A stretch of DNA of 51,095 bases from Candidatus Ventrenecus stercoripullorum (lineage in GTDB: Bacteria > Bacillota_I > Bacilli_A > RF39 > UBA660). The position numbers and the translations under genes were made by a program. Position 1 is the stretch's first letter. The number at the start of each line of letters is the position of its first letter. Below, piece by piece: positions 50,050 to 51,095 of the stretch. Under the pieces are notes generated by a model, which was not told the origin of the DNA, searched no databases, and saw only the letters and a list, made by a program, of their open reading frames with translations. The stretch spans positions 1 through 51,095 of the forward strand of contig DVGF01000025.1 in assembly GCA_018712835.1 (NCBI GenBank), read 5' to 3'.

Positions 50050-50480
50050 TGGATACAGAAAAGAAAAGAGAGATTATTATGAAGCATTATAGTAATCCTA
50101 AAAATAGAAAATTGCCAGAGGAAGAAGGCTATGAAAAAGTGAATACTGCGAATTCTTCTTGTGTTGATAATTTAGATATCTATGTGAAAATAGAAAATAA
50201 TAAAATCAAAGATATTACTTTTATGGGAGAAGCTTGTGCGATTAGTATTTCTTCTACTTCGATTATGATTAATAATTTGATTGGTAAATCCATTGAAGAA
50301 GCATATCACTATATAGAACAGTTTGAGAGTATGGTAAGTGAGTCTTCTTATGACAAAGAACTTTTAGGTGATGCGAATGCTTACTTTGATATTGCAAGTC
50401 AAGGACATCGTAAGACTTGTGCTTTACTACCTTATATTGGAATGAAAAAGATATTAGAAAACTGTAGGAAAGAGAAGTAA
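50049..50480 (+). CDS. sufU: SufU Fe-S assembly protein
   Basis: HYSNP, SCVD, CAIS, RKTCA; coupled to sufS. Confidence 0.92.
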   Translation: MDTEKKREIIMKHYSNPKNRKLPEEEGYEKVNTANSSCVDNLDIYVKIENNKIKDITFMGEACAISISSTSIMINNLIGKSIEEAYHYIEQFESMVSESSYDKELLGDANAYFDIASQGHRKTCALLPYIGMKKILENCRKEK

Positions 50481-50519
50481 TCTCTTTTTTCTTTGCATAT
50501 TCTTTAATAGGTGGTATGT

Positions 50520-50741
50520 ATGAATTTATCTGATTTACAAAGAAAAGATATTATTGGTATTTCTAGTGGTAAAAAGTTAGGAAGAATTATTGATGCCGTG
50601 ATGAATGAACAAGGTTTGATTGAATACTTTATTGTGATGGATCGAAAGTTTTTCAAGTTTTGGAAAGCAAATGAGGAACATAGTATTACGATGAAAGATA
50701 TAAAGAAAATTGGAAGTGATGTGATATTAGTAGATCAATGA
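50520..50741 (+). CDS. YlmC/YmxH family PRC-barrel protein
   Basis: LSDLQRKDII...GKKLGRIID...IKKIGSDVILV. Confidence 0.88.
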   Translation: MNLSDLQRKDIIGISSGKKLGRIIDAVMNEQGLIEYFIVMDRKFFKFWKANEEHSITMKDIKKIGSDVILVDQ

Positions 50742-50984
50742 ATCTACTTTTTTAGTGTCAATCTATTGTAAAGTGTTAGACTCATTTCTATATGGATAAA
50801 ATACCCCATGATGATACAAACTACTACTAGATAGAACAAAAAGTTTGAAAAAAACAATATTTTTCTTGTTCTTACAACAGTTGTGTATTAAAATAAAGCT
50901 AAAGAGTACGAACCCCACCCTTAAAGATCATAAGGAGTGGAGAAAAAATTAAAATTTTTACTCCAAACTATTGACAGTATGGGG

Positions 50985-51095
50985 GGAGACTGACCGAAAA
51001 TCAGAAGTAAGGTAAGAAAACACATCCAGAATTTGATATAATGGAGATATCAAGAAGTAAGGATGTGTTTTTTGATGAGTGTAAAAAAAGGGCAA
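50985..51095 (+). mobile_element. Possible left end of an insertion sequence (IS3-like), truncated by the window
   Basis: GACTGACCG start; hairpin aaaacacatcc/ggatgtgtttt enclosing TATAAT; ORF start MSVKKGQ at 51075. Confidence 0.35.

Noticed and set aside
1-51095. CRISPR array, rRNA, prophage, or DGR reverse transcriptase/template repeat
   Set aside because: No regularly spaced repeats, rRNA-like stretch, phage structural genes or RT motifs seen.

Overview
Low-GC chromosomal segment (TGA used as stop) from a reduced-genome Bacillota organism. Gene content resembles RF39-type Bacilli; this is an inference, not a database result. The housekeeping backbone is clpB, pyk, dnaB/dnaI, ireB-ruvX-mltG-trmR-U32-U32-greA, rpoZ, tRNA-Ala, ftsK, lon and sufS/U. 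The most notable element embedded in it is a minimal type IV secretion-like apparatus: an extended VirB6-like gene, a PrgI/VirB3-like gene, a 188-aa accessory gene and a short VirB4 ATPase. It comes with six paralogous Cys-flanked VirB2-like pilins in two clusters, four carrying signal peptides and N-terminal extensions. No relaxase, coupling protein or integrase is visible in the window. Other features: three paralogous surface proteins with adenine-depleted, hypervariable C-terminal segments (DGR-target-like); two unannotated type I toxin-antitoxin-like loci; an Rpn nuclease with an internal promoter and start; a frameshifted RloB/AbiLii gene; a Fic pseudogene; IS remnants; and a tRNA-Ala with C33. 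All family assignments come from motif recognition by eye.
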